32,000 nt of DNA from Opitutales bacterium. Lineage in GTDB: Bacteria; Verrucomicrobiota; Verrucomicrobiia; Opitutales; PNEW01. The stretch is taken from assembly GCA_965219535.1 (NCBI GenBank), contig CBDCNV010000002.1, forward strand, positions 810,001 to 842,000. The letters run 5' to 3'. Shown here piece by piece: positions 29,127-32,000 of this stretch. Positions within the stretch are counted from its first letter, which is position 1. Each line of letters starts with the position of its first letter. Made by a program: the position numbers and the translations under genes. Below the pieces are notes generated by a model. The model ran no database searches, had not been told where the DNA came from, and worked only from the letters and a program-made list of their open reading frames with translations.

Positions 29127-29752
29127 AACAGGGCCTTCAATTCGTTTCTTAAATATTGACGGGCTCGAAATATCCAGGATTTTACCACGTTTTCAGATGA
29201 TTCCATAATAGTTGCGATTTCAAGGTAACTTAGTTCCTGCTGTTTAAGTAATAAAATAGCTGTTCTCTGATTTTCCGGCAGACCGCCTAAGGCATAGGCA
29301 AAAGCTTCTTCGATTTCCATTATTTTAAGATCACTACTGTCAGATGCTCGAGTCGTCAGCTCGCTGGGGTCAACAGAATCGAGCGGTTTCCTTTTCATGC
29401 GGCGGTATTCATTGATAAGCAATCGCCTTGCAATATGAAAAAGGAAGGTTGAAAACTTCGCTTTGGGTTTATAAGTGGGTGCAGCCCGATAGATGCGGAT
29501 AAATACTAATTGTGCGAGATCTTCAGATTGTTCCACCGAGCCCAGAGAACGGTAAAAGAAATTAATTAAAGGAGTTTTCCATTTTTCGATGAGTATCGCT
29601 AAAGAGGCTTCATTACCGGATCCTATTTGCTGCATCAAAGCGATGTCCGTATCCTCATGCATGGAGTGCTCTTTTTCAGACATGATCTGATAATCCTGGC
29701 AGGGTTGAAACTCTTGCCAAGGAATGCTTTGCAGGTTTTGCGGGCTCACCAT
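29123..29752 (-). CDS. ECF-type RNA polymerase sigma-70 family factor
   Basis: Region 2 is present (WKTPLINFFYR...DLAQLVFIRIYR), as is the region 4 HTH (LSYLEIATIMESSENVVKSWIFRARQYL). The start is ambiguous: ATG at 29752 (possibly leaderless) or ATG at 29683 (186 aa, the usual ECF size). Confidence 0.85.
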   Translation of the reverse strand: MVSPQNLQSIPWQEFQPCQDYQIMSEKEHSMHEDTDIALMQQIGSGNEASLAILIEKWKTPLINFFYRSLGSVEQSEDLAQLVFIRIYRAAPTYKPKAKFSTFLFHIARRLLINEYRRMKRKPLDSVDPSELTTRASDSSDLKIMEIEEAFAYALGGLPENQRTAILLLKQQELSYLEIATIMESSENVVKSWIFRARQYLRNELKALL

Positions 29753-29758
29753 TTATTA

Positions 29759-29783
29759 AACGCGGGAAAGAGGCAAAAGTTAC
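29759..29783 (-). promoter_or_regulatory. ECF-type promoter (GTAAC-N16-CGTT) upstream of the sigma gene
   Basis: The minus strand reads ctcctGTAACttttgcctctttcccgCGTTtaataaATG. AAC and CGT are separated by exactly 16 nt, matching the general ECF -35/-10 pattern (for example TGTAAC...CGAC, GGAAC...CGTT). Confidence 0.5.
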
Positions 29784-30355
29784 AGGAGAGTGGATAAAAT
29801 CCATCTTTTTAGCGAGCTCTTTGCGTTGGGAGTGGTCTAGGATTGATGCGGGCAATAGAGCAGTCGTAGAATTTATTACCAAAATTTTCGAATGGGATGA
29901 AAAAAATGGAAGGTGTTACATTGTGGATAAGTGTCTGGAACGTATTCGCACGGCCATAAATGTCGCGATTTTAAACCTGGAACACGGTATTTTATAAAAG
30001 AAAAATGCAGGTACAATACCCCTTGGATTTTAATACCTCTATTATTTTACAAGGAAAAAGAAAATCGACCCTCAGAAACACTGTATCGCCGTTCTAATAA
30101 GGTATCACAATAAGTTGTGAATACTGTTCATAAGTCGTCTTGATGCCGATAGTGACGGTGAATAAATATCTGAACAACGGGTGAGCAAAAATTAATATCT
30201 CTTCCTTGCGGAGTAGGGGAAATTGACTGAAATCAATCAAATTATCCTTAGCGGATAATCATCCATCAGAGCACAAACGCTAAAATTGAGCTCTAATTTT
30301 ATGCAATAAATACCTTATTTGAAAATAAAACTGAATTTTTATTAGTCAAAAACTA

Positions 30356-30383
30356 TTGACACCACATCTTGTGTTGTTAATAA
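30356..30383 (+). promoter_or_regulatory. Sigma-70-like promoter for nrdB
   Basis: TTGACA (30356-30361), a 16-nt spacer, and TAATAA (30378-30383). Confidence 0.45.
30359..30374 (+). promoter_or_regulatory. NrdR box 1
   Basis: ACACCACATCTTGTGT matches the 16-bp NrdR consensus acaCwAtATaTwGtgt at 13 of 16 positions. It overlaps the -35 element and spacer. Confidence 0.6.
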
Positions 30384-30390
30384 GTATTTT

Positions 30391-30406
30391 CCCCAATATG
30401 TTGTGG
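30391..30406 (+). promoter_or_regulatory. NrdR box 2
   Basis: CCCCAATATGTTGTGG matches the consensus at 12 of 16 positions. It starts 32 bp after box 1, about three helical turns, which is the usual tandem-box spacing. Confidence 0.6.
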
Positions 30407-30599
30407 CTGTTCTCATTCTTTAAACCCCGAAAATTGGCGTAATTCTTTGCCACTGCTTATCGGCTATCCTCATCTTGACCCTGTCTATGTCTAATAACTT
30501 TACCGTGAAGAGCCATAACTTCAATCGCTGTTCCAATACCCAGAATACCCAGTAACAACCCCTCCATGGGGGATAACCCTCAACCGTCTTTCACCACAC

Positions 30600-31682
30600 A
30601 TGCAGACTACTTACACAATCGGGAGTAAATCGTTCGTACTCGACCGGGACAAAGCCGAAGCGGCTTACGCGGCAAAAAAAGTCATTAATGGCCGCGAAAC
30701 GATGTATTTCAATATCCTGCCCCTCAAATACCAGTGGGCTTATGAACTCTATAAAAACATGAAAGCCAATCACTGGGAGCCCGAAGACATCCCGATGCAG
30801 AAAGACTGCGAACAATGGCGATCGAGCGATATTTCGGATATAGAGCGATGGATTATAAAAATGGGGATTGGCTATTTTTCGGCTGCCGAGGGCATTGTCG
30901 GTGACAATCTTCTCCATGTAATTCGCGAAGCGGTAACGGCCCCTGAACTCAAATTGGTAATTGGAAGGCATGCGCATGAAGAAAATATTCACGCCGATTC
31001 GCTTATTTACATGATCAGTTCGCTCGGGATCAATCCTCATGAAGCGGAAGCGATGTTTGAGGATGTGGAGACGATTAAGCGCAAGAATAACTTTGTAGTG
31101 AGTAATTCCAAGAATCTGCGACGGGACATGGACCTCACGATTACTGAGAATAAACAATTGTTAGCTAAAAATATTTTTCTCTTTGGCCAGTGTATGGAAG
31201 GGACTCAGTTTTACGGTTTATTTGGGATGGTCCTTGCCCTTTACCGTCAAAATAAATTTCCGGGTATAGGGCAGATGTTCCGTTATACCCTGCGCGATGA
31301 ATCCAATCACATCGAACTACAGCGCAACCTGCTCATGGATTTAGTAGAGGAGAACCCCGATATCTGGACAGCGGAATTTCGACAGGAATTAACTGACACC
31401 ATGGTGGAGGCGGTGAAATTGGAAAAAGAATTTATAATGGATTGTCTACCTCTAAATGCGGTAGGCCTAAGTGCGGATGAATTCATCCAGTATATTGATT
31501 ACATTGCCGACCGCCGACTTGAAGGCGTTGGATTGAAAGCCATTCATCCAGGTGTGAGAAATCCTTTCCCCTGGCTGGCTGAAATGATGGATATTAAAAA
31601 AGAACAAAATTTCTTTGAAGGACGAGTAACTGAATATCAAAAAGCCTCGGCTCTTGAGTCGGTTAATGATGATGAGCTCTAG
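30600..31682 (+). CDS. nrdB: Ribonucleotide reductase small subunit (R2), class Ic-like (no radical Tyr)
   Basis: 360 aa. The di-metal ligand motifs are FSAAEGIVG, HEENIH, MEGTQFY and RDESNH. The C-terminal R1-binding tail is VTEYQK...NDDEL. An in-frame TAA at 30516-18 and no start codon between fix the start at 30600. Confidence 0.9.
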   Translation: MQTTYTIGSKSFVLDRDKAEAAYAAKKVINGRETMYFNILPLKYQWAYELYKNMKANHWEPEDIPMQKDCEQWRSSDISDIERWIIKMGIGYFSAAEGIVGDNLLHVIREAVTAPELKLVIGRHAHEENIHADSLIYMISSLGINPHEAEAMFEDVETIKRKNNFVVSNSKNLRRDMDLTITENKQLLAKNIFLFGQCMEGTQFYGLFGMVLALYRQNKFPGIGQMFRYTLRDESNHIELQRNLLMDLVEENPDIWTAEFRQELTDTMVEAVKLEKEFIMDCLPLNAVGLSADEFIQYIDYIADRRLEGVGLKAIHPGVRNPFPWLAEMMDIKKEQNFFEGRVTEYQKASALESVNDDEL

Positions 31683-31762
31683 TACCCCTAACCCTTTTTT
31701 TGTCCAAGATTACTGAAAACTTTTTCTGCACCCACGATTCACAATTCGAAAATAATAAGACT

Positions 31763-32000
31763 ATGATCCGCCATTTTACCCATGATGAAGATATAGAACT
31801 CAAACGATTTGCCCATACCCCAAAAGATCAGAAACCACAATTTAACTGGCGCGAGGTAGTCCTCGACGAACGCCTTTTACAGCCGGAGATAAAAGTCAGC
31901 GTGAACGGCAAAGACCGCGATTTCGACCTCGCTGAAATAGCCGACACTATCGGTAACGCTCTGGCGGACCTGCAACTTTCGCGGAAGGAAGAGGATATAT
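31763..32000 (+). CDS. nrdA: Probable ribonucleotide reductase large subunit, N-terminal fragment (3' end outside the window)
   Basis: The frame is open from ATG 31763 to the window edge, 81 nt after nrdB. The segment IKVSVNGKDRDFDLAEIADTIGNAL resembles the start of an ATP-cone (V.KRDG...F....I). The call rests mainly on context. Confidence 0.45.
   Translation, partial: MIRHFTHDEDIELKRFAHTPKDQKPQFNWREVVLDERLLQPEIKVSVNGKDRDFDLAEIADTIGNALADLQLSRKEEDI

Noticed and set aside
29897-29959. 20-codon ORF (MKKMEGVTLWISVWNVFARP) in the AT-rich gap, as a possible small hydrophobic peptide gene.
   Set aside because: There is no ribosome-binding signal, promoter or terminator context, and no way to test conservation here. 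An ORF of this length is expected by chance.
29937-30005. Two plus-strand GGAAC motifs (29937 and 29979) as possible ECF-dependent promoters pointing toward nrdB.
   Set aside because: No CGT-type -10 element lies at the required 16-17 nt spacing after either motif.
30440-30470. Possible cobalamin riboswitch in the nrdB leader. The segment ggcgtaattctttGCCACTGc recalls the GCCACTG element of B12 riboswitches, which do regulate some nrdAB operons.
   Set aside because: The other conserved elements are absent: no AGGGAA, no GGTGnnAAnTCC in proper form, and no B12 box (AGCCAGGAGACCTGCC-like). A single 7-mer match is not evidence.
30591-31157. 188-aa ORF antisense to nrdB. Similar long antisense or alternative-frame ORFs occur at 28608-29030 (+), 19352-19774 (+), 24686-25012 (-), 27347-27664 (+) and 6025-6333 (-).
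   Set aside because: All lie entirely inside strongly supported genes with clear family motifs. Their translations are low-complexity or Arg/Phe-rich, as is typical of shadow ORFs.
1-32000. A scan for CRISPR arrays, tRNA/rRNA genes, transposases or integrases, toxin-antitoxin pairs, and defence-system hallmarks.
   Set aside because: None was found by eye. The intergenic regions are short apart from those discussed, and every large ORF has a housekeeping or metabolic assignment.

Overview
This window reads as a chromosomal, mostly housekeeping segment. By gene content and style it is probably from a PVC/Verrucomicrobiota-like bacterium, with many FG-GAP repeats, a GH127 enzyme, ECF sigma modules and very few Shine-Dalgarno sequences; this taxon call is low-confidence inference. 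I support 27 coding regions. They are rnhB (5' partial), a giant secreted FG-GAP repeat protein, an orphan CheY-like receiver, dprA, nnr, a P-loop kinase-like protein, and a pabA/trpG-nrdR-hypothetical-HIT operon. They continue with tgt, UDP-glucuronate decarboxylase, secA, a GH127 / tandem-FAH / luciferase-like-monooxygenase operon divergent from a CrtI-like FAD oxidoreductase, a PfkB kinase, recQ, a TIM-barrel isomerase and a SAM methyltransferase. The last group is a TetR regulator, an ECF sigma / anti-sigma / DUF3106-like operon, nrdB, and the start of a probable nrdA. I found no rRNA, tRNA, CRISPR array, transposase, integrase, or recognisable defence or toxin module, and no convincing self-contained novel system. 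Six observations deserve a second look. (1) NrdB lacks the radical tyrosine (Leu at that site) and has Glu instead of Asp as first metal ligand, a class Ic-like signature. (2) The GH127/FAH-FAH/LLM/FAD-oxidoreductase cluster has no pathway I recognise. (3) A roughly 145-nt, four-hairpin candidate sRNA or structured 3' UTR lies downstream of tetR, with its own promoter-like elements and a strong intrinsic terminator. (4) A roughly 230-bp imperfect inverted-repeat (MITE-like) element lies at 7414-7644. (5) Tgt lacks two of the four zinc ligands. (6) An uncharacterised ORF is translationally coupled to nrdR. Tandem NrdR boxes overlap the nrdB promoter, and an ECF-type promoter lies upstream of the sigma gene. 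All functional calls come from motif recognition by eye; no database search was run.
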